63,487 nucleotides of DNA, filler included, from Octopus bimaculoides (GCF_001194135.2; 7 parts of 7 records of this genome joined end to end with filler, not necessarily neighbours in it); one strand, 5' to 3'; shown: positions 1 to 12,347, numbered from the whole stretch's first letter. Notes: generated from the sequence alone by a model not told the origin. Program-made: numbers and translations.

Positions 1-150
1 ATATATATGTATGTATGTATGTACGTATACAACATGCTTTCATTTTAATATGTTACGTCATAACATATTAGGGCCAGAATATTTTAAAACCGTATGATTT
101 CAGTAAGCTTACCGAAATATATAGCCATTGTTTTTAGCAAAGAAATCAAT

Positions 151-265
151 GATAAGGAGGAGGATGAGGATGAGGATGATGATGAGGATGATGATGATGA
201 TAATGATGATGATGATGATGAGGAGGAGGAGGAGGAGGAGGAGGAGGAGGTGGGGGAGGAGAAGG
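151..265. repeat. (GAT)n/(GAG)n compound trinucleotide microsatellite
   Basis: Direct reading: gatgaggatgatgat...gaggaggag; explains the acidic ORF 94-348. Confidence 0.9.
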
Positions 266-978
266 AACTGTCACAAACGGAGATGAACAGATACAAATGT
301 TTGGTAATGTTCAATTTCATTCCAGTGAGTTACATATTCCGAAGCTGACCATGTAAGTACCAATTGACTGTGTACGTATGCGTGTGTGTGTGAATACATA
401 TGCATNNNNNNNNNNNNNNNNNNNNNNNNNNNNNNNNNNNNNNNNNNNNNNNNNNNNNNNNNNNNNNNNNNNNNNNNNNNNNNNNNNNNNNNNNNNNNNN
501 NNNNNNNNNNNNNNNNNNNNNNNNNNNNNNNNNNNNNNNNNNNNNNNNNNNNNNNNNNNNNNNNNNNNNNNNNNNNNNNNNNNNNNNNNNNNNNNNNNNN
601 NNNNNNNNNNNNNNNNNNNNNNNNNNNNNNNNNNNNNNNNNNNNNNNNNNNNNNNNNNNNNNNNNNNNNNNNNNNNNNNNNNNNNNNNNNNNNNNNNNNN
701 NNNNNNNNNNNNNNNNNNNNNNNNNNNNNNNNNNNNNNNNNNNNNNNNNNNNNNNNNNNNNNNNNNNNNNNNNNNNNNNNNNNNNNNNNNNNNNNNNNNN
801 NNNNNNNNNNNNNNNNNNNNNNNNNNNNNNNNNNNNNNNNNNNNNNNNNNNNNNNNNNNNNNNNNNNNNNNNNNNNNNNNNNNNNNNNNNNNNNNNNNNN
901 NNNNNNNNNNNNNNNNNNNNNNNNNNNNNNNNNNNNNNNNNNNNNNNNNNNNNNNNNNNNNNNNNNNNNNNNNNNNNN

Positions 979-1011
<33 letters not shown>

Positions 1012-1385
1012 TATACATATATATGTATGTACGTATGTATGTATGTATATGCTTACATATACAATACATATACATATATATATATATGTATGCATGTAAA
1101 GCACAACACACACTCAGTCGGAAGTACTAAAATATTTAAATTTTTAAATTTAAATATTAGAAAGCCAAGCTGTGAGATAAATATGAATGTATACATATTC
1201 CTTCTATGCTTTTCATGTGCGGAAAAATAGGAGGAGTATCTTGACAGATTGTTTTACTGTTGATCGTTCGTCAGAGAACACGTTTTCAGTTTCCTTCCTT
1301 AATCAACTGCATAAAATATTTAGGTGTTATATAATGCAGTTATAAATTAATCTATGGATAGGTTAATCTGCATATTTGAGCTTTT

Positions 1386-1698
1386 AATCAAGGAGTGGAG
1401 GCACTTAGGTAGTCCGGTGGCTTTTTGACATTTTTCCATCAACTCCAGGCTTGGTGGAGGTCTCCAACCCAGTAAAGCAGTTCACTTAGAAGGCCATCCC
1501 ACTGTAAAACCGACAGCTTGCTGACCACTGCAGCCGTCATAGCCCGCTGATCCGCGTGGCCAGACCCCCAAGTCTAAAGAGTGGTATCGGATTGCGCGGT
1601 CTGATTCTTACTTTAAAACTATTTAACGCAGGCAGGAGGAAATGTCCTGCATTGCCATAGATCGGTTTAAATAACCGGTTGAAGCCGTGCTGCTCTTT
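1386..1698 (-). repeat. Unclassified interspersed repeat, copy 1 (homologous to 25616-25929)
   Basis: Reverse complement aligns by eye at roughly 65-70% to 25616-25929, e.g. cctgcctgcgttaaatagttttaaagtaagaatcagaccgcgcaatccg vs cctgcctctgctgagtagttttaaggtgaggatcagtccgtgcaatctg; both end cactccttgatt. Confidence 0.75.
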
Positions 1699-1944
1699 CG
1701 CATGATCTTTGGATAAGAAGAAACTTGCCAACAAGTATGTATGCATGTATGTATGTATGTATGTATGTATGTATGTATGTATGTATGTGTGTCTGTATGT
1801 GGGTATGTGTGTGTGAGTGTATGTGCGTATGTGTGTGTGTGTGTGTGTGTTTGTGTATGTATGCAAAAATCGATTACACTGTGTAACATGATATTTGTCC
1901 TTGGGTGGCAACTATTATTTCCTATTTGCTTACCCCTACAAAAA

Positions 1945-2097
1945 GAATCCCTCTCAACACATGGCTATAATGTTTCACCACTACTCCTGCTCATGATCGG
2001 AGATGCACATATTGTTACCCACTTAGAAACATGGTCAAATGGTTAAGGTCAAGCAACTGACAAGTAAATCTGTGGTGCTGAACAAAATATTTGCTAT
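1945..2097 (-). mobile_element. SINE fragment, same family as 49939-50465
   Basis: caacacatggctat...ccactactcctgctcatgatc...gatgcacatat...ttaaggtcaagcaac...aaatctgtggt is shared with about 50220-50370. Confidence 0.7.
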
Positions 2098-2996
2098 AAC
2101 GATATTTCTGCTTCAGCAACTCAGTGTTGAATCTGACTGAAATGTAATGAAAAATAAGTCAGTTTGAAAGCATTGATGTCCAGGACACAAAAGCAGTTTG
2201 AACGGAGTAGTAGTGATATCCTTTGATTTCTAGATAGAAGTAAATAGGGAATAACACTTACTGACCAAAGACAACGAAAAAAATTTTGTTACTGTGTTAT
2301 TCCCATTCGCAAATGAAGCCGAGAGTAGACATAGAGAATATGTACGATGGGCGAGCGTTGTAGATAAAGAGTTAGAATCCAAGAGAGCAGAGTCGACAAG
2401 CAGGTTGTAGCCATGTTAGTTTTGCTCCCGTGACATAGTCACTGCCGTCGAGAAATGCACAAATACAAACACTACACAGTTCAATTTTCTCGTGTTTGTA
2501 GCTATATGGTCTTGTGCAATCACTAAATACAATTTCTCACATTCGCACAGAAGCAAATATATGCAAGGGAGAGGTAAAATTGTATTGATTTGAATTTAGT
2601 ATATGATAGCTACTTAATTTATCGACCTTGTTTAGATGAAAGGCGAGAACTAACTCCTGTGGAATTTGAATTCGTATAGAGATAGAAGGACGAAACGTAG
2701 AAACAATTTAGTCCTCTATTTTGCCTCGAAATCAATATTAATTATGACGTAATACAGACTTTGATAGACAGAACGTCCAATGGCGCTCTTCTCAGTTTGG
2801 CTTCCAGCTGTAATGCTAATGTTTTCATTCAAAATCAAAAAGAAGTCTGACGTCATTTCTCCTATATTTCGCTTCATAATGTCAGACATTTTAAAATGCA
2901 GGACAGCGTTATCCGATCCAAACGTGTATGTGTGTGTGTAAACGTGTGTGTGTGTTTGTTTGTTTGTTTGTTTGTTTGCTTGCTTGCTTGCTTGTT

Positions 2997-3036
<40 letters not shown>

Positions 3037-3635
3037 CGTGCATGCGTGTATGTGTAAAACTGTTTGCTATTTTCTCATTTTTCTTCCCCATCTCATCGTA
3101 ACCATGCATAACAAATAAAATATATTTAAATGAAGTAAGAGAAATAAATCAAAGCGATTTCCAGACAATCTTTTATTTTTTTAATTCTGCAGTTACGCGT
3201 CCCGTTTCTGTAATTCACAATTTTTTTTTTTTGTATCTGAAAACATTAAAAAAAAGTGTGACATTTTATGTATATGGGTGAACGTCAATATACTGTGGAA
3301 CGATCAATGACACACTTATATAATACACACACACATCATTTTATGTTAAAACAATATAACAGGAGGATGGAAAATATCAGGTTTTGATAATAGATCACAA
3401 CATTTGTTTCTGCACCGCACACCAGCTTTCAGTTGCTGAGTTTATATTCCAATAAGATTTAGATCATTTTTTATAACTACTGTATAATTGAATATTTCTC
3501 AGCAACAGCCGTGTGTGGACCCATACCATGTGACATTACATAATGCACACCATGTAACATTACACAATATACATACCATGTAACATTACATAATACACAC
3601 TCATGTATATGTATGTATTTTCTTCTATTCTTTAA

Positions 3636-3819
3636 CTTGTTTCAGTCATGTGACTACGGCCATGCTGGAGCACCGCTTTAAAGGGTTTTAGTCGAAGAGA
3701 TCGACCACAGGACTTATTCTTTGCGAGCCTAGTACCTATTCTATCAGTCTCTTTTGCCAAACCGATAAGTTACGGGGACATAAACACACCAGCATCGGTT
3801 GTCAAGCGATGGCGGGGGA

Positions 3820-3835
<16 letters not shown>
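3636..3835 (-). mobile_element. tRNA-derived SINE, 3' half (same family as 47734-48185)
   Basis: gtttcagtcat..gactacggccatgctggagcaccg...ggacataaacacaccagcatcggttgtcaagcgatgg matches 47760-47940 closely. Confidence 0.85.
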
Positions 3836-3857
<22 letters not shown>

Positions 3858-4079
3858 AACAGACACGCATATATATATATACATATACGACGTATATATA
3901 CATATACGACATATATGTATATACATATACATAGACGAGAGAAAGAGAAAGAAAAAGAGAGAGAGAGAGAGAAAGAGAGAAAGAGAGAAAGAAAGAGACT
4001 CATAGGGCATAGTGCCCGATTTCTGTGGCACATATATTCCCCCCACCCCGGGACGAAACCCCAGTCCATCGCAGGACTA

Positions 4080-4211
4080 CTTATTTTTGCCAGCTGAGTG
4101 GACTGCAGCAACGTGAAGTGCAGTGTTTTACTCAAGAACACAACGCATCGCCTGGTCGAGGAATCGAAACCATAATCCAACATCCTTAACCACTAAGCCA
4201 CACGCTTCCAC
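4080..4211 (-). mobile_element. tRNA-derived SINE head
   Basis: Reverse strand reads gtggaagcgtgtggcttagtggttaagg (A box) ... gtttcgattcc (B box-like), then gtgttcttgagtaaaacact. Confidence 0.7.
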
Positions 4212-4288
4212 TGACACTTGTATAGGTATGCCGAAAAATTTACTGCTTATTCAATTCATAGTGTTTGTTTTCTTTTTGTTAGAATGAA

Positions 4289-5021
4289 CATGTGGCTGTG
4301 CAATCTACAGCAGCCAAATGTTTTGCTAAAAAAAAAAAAAAAAAACCAATTAGTCACGTAAGACGTTTGAAATTTCATCACTAGAGAATATTCTCAGTAA
4401 ACATACGATAAACGAATCAGTTTTGTCATATTAAACAGCGAAATGTTTGTCGTTTAGTTTTTCACAGATTTAGTGTAAGTGTGGCAAAGAAGCATTTTTT
4501 TAATTATTGTTTTGACTAGAAACAACAAGTCAAATTACTGCTGCGTCACCAAAGGGAATTTCGTATGTATAAGGATGAAAAAAAATACAAAAGTGAGCAG
4601 CGGGAACATTTGTATATGGATATAAGTAACACAACTTGGGCTTAAGAAAGAAGTTAGTTCATGCAGTCTCTGCCTGATTTTCTGTTAGTCAGAAACGTTC
4701 GGTTTCTCTTAGTGAAGGCCTTTCAAACTGCATTCGTGTCATGTTCCCATTTGTCAGTAACATGTCCGTCACTTCTGCTTCTTGACTGCACCTGCTCGTT
4801 TCTTGATCGCAACTGGTCTTTTAGACGGGGGGAAAAACAAACAAACAAGACAAACTATTTTTATACTTGATCTTAGGCTCAATCAAACAATAAATGTTTT
4901 TGGAAGCATGTGGCTGTGCAATCTACAGCAGCCAAATGTTTTGCTAAAAAAAAAAACAAAAAAAACAATTAGTCACGTAAGACGTTTGAAATTTCATCAC
5001 TAGAGAATATTCTCAGTAAAC
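4289..5021. repeat. Direct repeat of about 115 bp (4289-4402 and 4907-5021) flanking about 500 bp of unique sequence
   Basis: catgtggctgtgcaatctacagcagcc...tagagaatattctcagtaaac occurs twice, differing only in the poly-A tract. Confidence 0.9.
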
Positions 5022-5634
5022 TTAATCATGTGACTGCTTTCAGCTGACATAATAAAACATTGTACGTTTGCTTATGAAGGAATCACAATGAGTTGAAGCT
5101 AATCAGGTCATGGGATTCTAAGATATGCAAACATTATATGCCAAATATAGAAGACATGAAGACAGAACCAAAACTACGTACCTTTAACTTAAACTTTGGT
5201 TTTGAAATATTCTTGCTGTCAGACTCCTTCTAAAAATGCAATAACTAACTAAAAAAAAAAATTAAAAAAAAGAATGAAAGAAATTCATAAATTAGAGACT
5301 TCACAAAATTGTAAAAAGACGTCTAAAACACATGGGGTTTAAAGGAATCCTTGCTTTTATCAAATACCTAAAACTAATCCTACCGACCCTGTCAAATTCC
5401 TTGAAATATATTAAAATTCTTGGCCCTTGAGGTCAAGAAAGAAAGAATTATTATGTATAGATATATGTGTGTATGTATATGTATGCACACATACACACGC
5501 ACGCACGCAAGTATGTACGTATGTATGTATGTATGTATGTATGTATGTATGTATGCATGTACGTATGTATGTATGCATGTATGTATGTATGTATGCATGT
5601 ATGTATGTATGCAAGTTCGTCAGTGGGATTTAAA

Positions 5635-5853
5635 TCTCATAAATCCAGAGATTGGTTCTCAGATAGATCAGCAGAAATTCATGATCTACTTTTAGAAAAA
5701 CAAAACTTAGGCAATACACTGCTCTCTCAGTCATTGAATCCCAACTCAAATGAAACTTACAGAAAGCTGAAAAGGAGGGTGCAAACTGCTCTAAGGAAAA
5801 TTAAACAGGAATGGTGGAATGATAGGGCAAAAGGGGCACAAGAAGCAGCTGAT
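5635..5853 (+). mobile_element. RTE-clade (BovB/RTE-1-like) LINE fragment, endonuclease-RT linker, cut by segment end
   Basis: Translation KSRDWFSDRSAEIHDLLLEK...YRKLKRRVQTALRKIKQEWWNDRAKGAQEAAD resembles the RTE DWFD...LR..Q..WW..KA.E.Q..AD linker. Confidence 0.7.
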
Positions 5854-5953
5854 NNNNNNNNNNNNNNNNNNNNNNNNNNNNNNNNNNNNNNNNNNNNTTA
5901 ATTAATTAANNNNNNNNNNNNNNNNNNNNNNNNNNNNNNNNNNNNNNNNNNNN
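5854..5953. other. Artificial scaffold-join spacer 1
   Basis: 44 N + TTAATTAATTAA (5898-5909) + 44 N = exactly 100 bp; six identical copies in the window. Confidence 0.97.
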
Positions 5954-6136
5954 GTTGTTATGTAGATGTGAGCGAGCTGTCGGTTGTAAGTCCGAAAGAT
6001 GGAGAGTGACAGCTATACACGTAAAGAGACTGTCTCCAGGTTGGAATGTCAGAGACACTGCTTGACACGTCTATGCTCTATTGCTGGCCAGCAAGAAAGA
6101 GAATGAATTGAGCGGGAACGCTTGCTTGTTTAATTC

Positions 6137-6164
6137 CACGCATGCGTGAGACTACGCATGCGCA
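6137..6164. promoter_or_regulatory. Two CGCATGCG palindromes (NRF1-like) in the probable LINE 5' UTR
   Basis: cacgcatgcgtg (6137-6148) and cgcatgcgca (6155-6164), about 170 bp upstream of the ORF1 ATG; function inferred only. Confidence 0.25.
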
Positions 6165-6325
6165 CGGCGTTACTACAAACTGTTTTTACAGTAAATTATT
6201 GTTGAAATTGTTATCCTCCCCTACGGGGAAAGGATTTGTTTATTTTTGTTTACTTTGTGCAGATTGTGTTCCATTTTGGAATGTACTTTGTTATTAACAT
6301 GTTTTATGAAATTTTGTGAAAAATA

Positions 6326-7190
6326 ATGTCTTATGTTGAAGAAAAAATGAAATTTGCCTCCGTTGTGGGAGGAAGTGAAATAATCACATACAAAAAAGAA
6401 GAAATTCAAGCTTTGTACGGCATGATTTCTGAGAAAAACGGCGAAAGCAGAATTACGCTCCCCATCGAAATTTTAAACAGAACCAAGGAATGCACAATTG
6501 TGTATAAGACTTACAACACCGAGAAGAAACATTTTGAGCACCTAGAAGAAAGTACAGTAGAAAGGTGTCTCGGGCCAGTGTTGGGCCAGATAAAGTACTT
6601 AACCCGAGGTACAAGATTCGCAACGGTAGAGGCAAGGTTCGAGTCGGTCGAGAAAGCAAAAGAATTATCGACTCGAACCTTGCAAACTGGTAGTATTATG
6701 ATGCTACCACTATATCTGGGACGTAGAACGTCCCGGATTAAAATTAATAATATCCCCCCACCCCCACCCGAGGAGGAAATTTCATGGATACTGGCTACAC
6801 TACTTTACGAGAGGAAAGAAAAAATAAATATCATACAAATAACAAGAGATGCACCACAAAACTGGAGAGGACAAATGCTAGAAATCCTATTTTAAGCTAC
6901 CATGATTGATTTTTAAAAATTGCCAGAAAAGATTCTATTCGGTGAGAACATCGTGTTAGCAGTACACGTGGAAGCCCAGGTGGAAAAAAAATGTGGAAAA
7001 AAGGGGAACATGAGGTCAAAATGTTCCCTTCTACAAAAGGAAAAAGTACAGGAGAACGAACAGGAGGAAAATACAGAGGAAGCGGCGCCCCCGGCCACGG
7101 AGGTAGTTACACAGGGGGACCGCCGAACTAGAACCCGAAAAAAAAAACCGGCCTAAGCGACACCAGCAGTAGAAGAAATGAACTTCGAAA
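6326..7190 (+). pseudogene. LINE ORF1 (RRM-like + CCHC zinc knuckle), disrupted
   Basis: ORF 6326-6895 (GTRFATVEARFESVEKAKEL...LPLYLGRRTSRIKINNIPP), then 6920-7156 with KKCGKKGNMRSKC, a decayed Cx2Cx4Hx4C. Confidence 0.75.
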
Positions 7191-7652
7191 CNNNNNNNNN
7201 NNNNNNNNNNNNNNNNNNNNNNNNNNNNNNNNNNNNNNNNNNNNNNNNNNNNNNNNNNNNNNNNNNNNNNNNNNNNNNNNNNNNNNNNNNNNNNNNNNNN
7301 NNNNNNNNNNNNNNNNNNNNNNNNNNNNNNNNNNNNNNNNNNNNNNNNNNNNNNNNNNNNNNNNNNNNNNNNNNNNNNNNNNNNNNNNNNNNNNNNNNNN
7401 NNNNNNNNNNNNNNNNNNNNNNNNNNNAAAACCCAAATCGCATCGCAAAAATACCCTGAGATCTTTACAAAGATCTGAAAAACAGATATCCAAAAGCAAT
7501 AGAAGAATTAATAGACATGCCCAGAGTGTTCGACCCGCGGAAGGAACCCACATTAGAAGAGACGAAGGTGGGGTGGTCCTAGTTTCAGTGAGACTAAGAA
7601 CGATCCCCCTGGATTAAGGTAGGCAAATTTCCTTCTTTTCTTGATTTTTGAC

Positions 7653-10600
7653 ATGGCTGCACTACGTGTAGGCTGTCTGAATGTACGTGGCCTGAGTTCG
7701 AAGTGGAAGCAAGCCTGTTTCCTTGACGACCTCAGGTCACATAAAATTGATATTATGGTTGCTACAGAGACAAAGCTGGACAAGCTGCAGGCCGTCTCAA
7801 ACCTCCTGAATGACTATGAGAAAATCATGTCACCTAGTCGGGCAGGGGAACGGGATGTTGTGGTTCTGATCCGAAAGAACTTGGCTCTGCAGACACGTGC
7901 AATCTTTGTAAACCCAGAAGGTGATTCGGTCGTTCTGGATCTGACTGTCAGTGGTAAGACCTTCAGGTTGATCGGCATTTACGCGCCTTGCACAACAGGC
8001 AAACGGAATGAGTTCTATCGACGCCTGGAGGATTTTTTTGTGACGTCAAAGACAATAGTAATGTTAGGAGACTTTAATGCACGCCAAGATAACGTTGGCT
8101 CAACCGGTAGGAAAAGTAACTCACGCCTCATCGATCTGCTGAAGCGATTTAGGCTGGCAGATCGATTCAGGCTCGAGAATCCGAGCGTTCCAATGTGGAC
8201 TTGGAGTAATAACGACGCATCTCTCAAGTCTTATATAGACAGGATAGTAGTGAATACCAGAGATAGGTCCTCCTTTAGCTGTCCACAGTTTACTTATATA
8301 TCCTACATGGATCACAAATTAGTGAGGCGTAAGGTACATATAGATAAAGACAGGGATCTGGTTACTGGAAGTTGAACAAGAACCTATTGACTTGCGAAAC
8401 ATACCATAGCCAGGAGTTAGTCATGGGGGCACTCACCGATACCGTGTTGAATAACCGGTGGGTGGGTTGCCATCAAAAGAACCATTTGACTTGAGTTTAT
8501 TAGATTTAGCAAACAGTTAAGTCTAGAGCAGACTAGAGTAGAAGGGTCTCTAGTTAAGGCATTAGAAGAGACACTGAGAATGGGCTCTTCACCCCAAGTT
8601 TTGGCGGCGAGATCGGCCTTGGACCAAAACCTCAATGCCAAACACGAAGGTTGCAGGGTCCGGGCTAAAGTACGTGCACTGGGTCGCGAGGGTATCAACG
8701 TTGCCGGTTGGGCTTGCTCGGTAGAAACCCAACGTGGCGTAGATGCTACGATAAGGTCTGTGGTAAATGAACAAGGACAGGAGATCGACGGTCAAGAAGA
8801 GATGTATAAGGCTTTTCAGGAGCATTTCGCTGCGTTGTCCTGGAGGGGCAGGACGCTGGACCATGGGGATGCCCTTCGGGATTTCCTGGCCAGCAGCCCG
8901 TGTCTCTCGGCACGTGAAGCGGAGCGCTATGAAGGGCCGATCACAGCTGCAGAAGTCATAGAAGTACTTTCCGAGTGCCCCGGGGACAAGTCGCCGGGAC
9001 TGGATAGTCTTCCTTACGAATTTTATAAGTGTATGCCAGACTTGTTGGGGAACATACTGGCCGGTGTATACGCAAACTGGCAGCAGAACGGGAGAATTCC
9101 CAAATCTATGAGCCGAGGAGTAGTAACATTGGTCAGGAAGGACCCGAGCAAGAGGAATTACATTAATAATTTTAGGCCAATAAAGATTTTGGCCAAGGTG
9201 TTAGCCAAGAGAATGAGGCTTGTCGTGGGCGAGCTGATGGGAGAGGCACAGACATGTGCCATCCCAGTAGGAAAATACACAACAACCTTCACCTCATACG
9301 CTACACTAAAGAGCGGGTTGGCAAAGGTGGGGCACTGGTGAATTTAGACCAGTCTAACGCATTCGATAGGGTTGACCATCGGTATCTGGTGGCGGTCCTC
9401 CGGGCGGTCGAACTGGGTTCGACTTTCTGTGGATGGATCCATGCTATCTATAACGACATCGATTCAGTTGTCCGGGTGAACGGTTTCTTCTCGAAGCCGT
9501 TTGTGATTGAGCGTTCAGTTCGCCAGGAGTGCCACCTGTTTACGCTTCTGTACGTATTGGCTCTTGATCCACTGCTGCGGAGGTTAGAGGCCACGGGGGG
9601 AGACCCGCGTGATCTATGTTATGGTAGAGGAGCAATGGCATATGCAGATGATGTCACCGTTATCGTGTCTGATGAAGGACAGCTACCTCGTTTAGAAGAC
9701 GCCATCAAAAGATACGAAGCGGTGGCAGGAGCAAAAATTAACCAGGAAAAATCAGCCAGCTTGCAACTCGGCACCTGGAGGGTCAAGTCGATGCCTCCCA
9801 ACAGCGTCGTGGGACGTTGGACGGAGGGCCCGGTTAAATTGCTTGGGGTCTGGTTTATACCAGATCTCCAGATGGAGAAAAACTGGAGCGAGGTCACAGG
9901 CAAGGTGACGGCCATAACCAGACTTGGTCTGAGAGGTCGCTGCCCTTGCTAGGGAGGGCCGAGGTTGCTCAGGTGTTTATAGCATCTGTGATAACTTACC
10001 GCCTAACCGTTGTGCCTTGCCCCGGTGTGTGGGTGACCAAGCNNNNNNNNNNNNNNNNNNNNNNNNNNNNNNNNNNNNNNNNNNNNNNNNNNNNNNNNNN
10101 NNNNNNNNNNNNNNNNNNNNNNNNNNNNNNNNNNNNNNNNNNNNNNNNNNNNNNNNNNNNNNNNNNNNNNNNNNNNNGACACCTCTGGTTCAACCTGAAT
10201 GGTGAACTAGTGTGGTCAACGCATGTCAAGTTCTTCCTGCCACAATTCACGTCCCGGCGGGACGTGGGCGCATGGATCACGCAGAGACCAAAAATGAGTG
10301 AATGGCAGAGGGAGTGCAGACGTGCAATCGCTCTGTTCTCCCTAGCGAGCAATACTGGCAGCAGGGCTACCACTGCGGATTTTTATAGCGGGTTGGTAGA
10401 GCACATGTCCGACGACGTACTGGGGAAGATTCTAGGCTTCGATGAAGAACAACTTGTCAACTCGTTCGGAAGAACATTCGGGCTGAGGTAGCTGGACAAC
10501 TTCCAGAAATATTTGGCCTGGTTGTGCTACCGATCGGCCTTGCCAGTTCGAGAGAGGTTGTCAAGGCATAGTGCTGGCAACTCACCCATATGTCCGAGGT

Positions 10601-10960
10601 GCGGGCGTGTCTATGAAACTGTCACGCACGACTTCGTGCATTGTGAGGAACTGAGGGGATTGATAACCTATGTCAAGCAACTTGTGTCAGATACGGAAAG
10701 AGTACGGTTATCGATTGAGTCTATCATTAAGATTGTGTCGCCTCCTTCCTTTAACAAGGAAAAGGAGGCGTCATTTTTCTACGTAGTTGCTGTATTGAAA
10801 GAGACACGGGTAGGTAAGTTACCAGACACGGGTAGGTAAGTTATTTTAACTACCACCTGTCCAGGAAGATCAGTTTGGAGAAGAGGTGCCTGCCTCAAAG
10901 AACGTTTGAGAAAAGATGGACAAATGTCGTAAGGAAGTTGAGAGTGAATGGGGCCGCGCT
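7653..10960 (+). pseudogene. LINE ORF2 (AP endonuclease + reverse transcriptase + C-terminal zinc motif), disrupted
   Basis: ALRVGCLNVRGL, VATET, MLGDFNA, SYIDRI, YMDHKLV (EN); KSPGLDSLPYEFY, LDQSNAFDRVDH, VRQECHL, AYADDV, VKLLGV (RT); ICPRCGRVYETVTHDFVHC. Confidence 0.92.
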
Positions 10961-11264
10961 AGTGTAGCCAGTCTGAACGGAAAAGAAGGAAAAAACGGAA
11001 GAAAAAACTGCAAAAATTTAATATAAGAGTAAAAAATGAAAAGAAAAAAAACCCGGCGGGACGAACACAAACCGGAAAATATATTATCACTTAATTTTAA
11101 ATTCATTTCGATTTCATTGTACTGTGTAAATTCATTCGATTTCATTATATCCGATTTTTATACGAACTAACTAATGTATAACCCCAGTCCCTAAATGTTT
11201 TTGTTTTGTCCTTGTGCTGTCCCCCAATGTGAGCCATGTATTGGCAATAAAGAAATTAGTTAGT

Positions 11265-11655
11265 GAGAGCGACAGTTGGTGTGAACGGACAACTAGAGTC
11301 GTGGCCACAAGCAGGCAGCCACTAGAGACCAAACGGCCAGAGCGAAAAAGAAAGTTACTATCAGCGACTATGCGAGACTTTCTCACTTTCACTAACTTAC
11401 TTTCTTTTCTCTGTAACATTACCATATCTCTATATACTACTTTGAGATCGTGTACACATATACCGGCCGAAATTAGCTCTTTTTACCTCGCATGCTTTTC
11501 CATTAACTAATTATACATGCCAACCCGTCGTGGTTTTGGATAGATACAAAGTAACGGTAAATAAAAATCTATTTACAACTTCAATCAATTCTTCCATCTT
11601 GCATACTGGCAACCAACACCTTAACAACAACCGTTACAAATTGGTGACCCTCGAC
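11265..11655 (+). mobile_element. Probable 3' part of an LTR followed by a tRNA-Trp-like primer-binding site
   Basis: aataaa near 11561, end ...ccgttaCA at 11638, then TGGTGACCCTCGAC (11642-11655), resembling the Trp PBS TGGTGACCCCGAC; no internal retroviral ORF follows. Confidence 0.45.
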
Positions 11656-12036
11656 TGCAACGAAGAACTAACCGTTACACACACACACATATAAACGCTA
11701 CGCATCCATTTCCAAGCTTATATATACATACATACATATANNNNNNNNNNNNNNNNNNNNNNNNNNNNNNNNNNNNNNNNNNNNNNNNNNNNNNNNNNNN
11801 NNNNNNNNNNNNNNNNNNNNNNNNNNNNNNNNNNNNNNNNNNNNNNNNNNNNNNNNNNNNNNNNNNNNNNNNNNNNNNNNNNNNNNNNNNNNNNNNNNNN
11901 NNNNNNNNNNNNNNNNNNNNNNNNNNNNNNNNNNNNNNNNNNNNNNNNNNNNNNNNNNNNNNNNNNNNNNNNNNNNNNNNNNNNNNNNNNNNNNNNNNNN
12001 NNNNNNNNNNNNNNNNNNNNNNNNNNNNNNNNNNNN

Positions 12037-12250
12037 AATTTCAAACCTGGGTTCTCATTTCTAAGGTATTTTTCGATGTTATTTATTATTATTATTATCA
12101 TTATTCAGGTCACAGCCTGGAATCGAACTCGGAATCTTAAGGTTAGTTGCCCGCGCTCTTAACCACTACGCCATATGCCCGTTAAGAGCGCGGGCTACTA
12201 ACCCCAAGATTCCGAGTTCGATTCCAGGCTGTTAGCTGAATAGTAATAAT

Positions 12251-12347
<97 letters not shown>

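Larger units (their letters stand above)
6013..11264 (+). mobile_element. Near full-length L1/Tx1-clade non-LTR retrotransposon, inactive
   Basis: Gag-like ORF1 with degenerate zinc knuckle, then ORF2 with APE endonuclease, RT (YADD) and C-terminal CxxC...H...C. 3' end aataaagaaat+tagttagt at 11246-11264. Multiple stops and frameshifts, two gaps, 22-bp tandem duplication near 10802-10845. 5' boundary tentative. Confidence 0.9.

Noticed and set aside
94-348. Acidic ORF (poly-D/E)
   Set aside because: Product of GAT/GAG microsatellite; no supporting splice context or recognisable domain.
271-1230. Long ORFs running through N gaps and (TA)/(TATG)/(CA) repeats (also 41922-43450, 50595-51254 plus strand, 62612-63302)
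   Set aside because: Open only because of N runs or simple repeats.
5898-5909. TTAATTAATTAA as a biological PacI-like or regulatory site
   Set aside because: Always centred in an exact 100-bp N spacer; synthetic.
12119-12228. tRNA genes (also heads near 4150-4211, 28590-28660, 36130-36206, 48120-48185, 61745-61817)
   Set aside because: A and B boxes are present but there is no complete acceptor stem and each continues into a repeat body: SINE heads.
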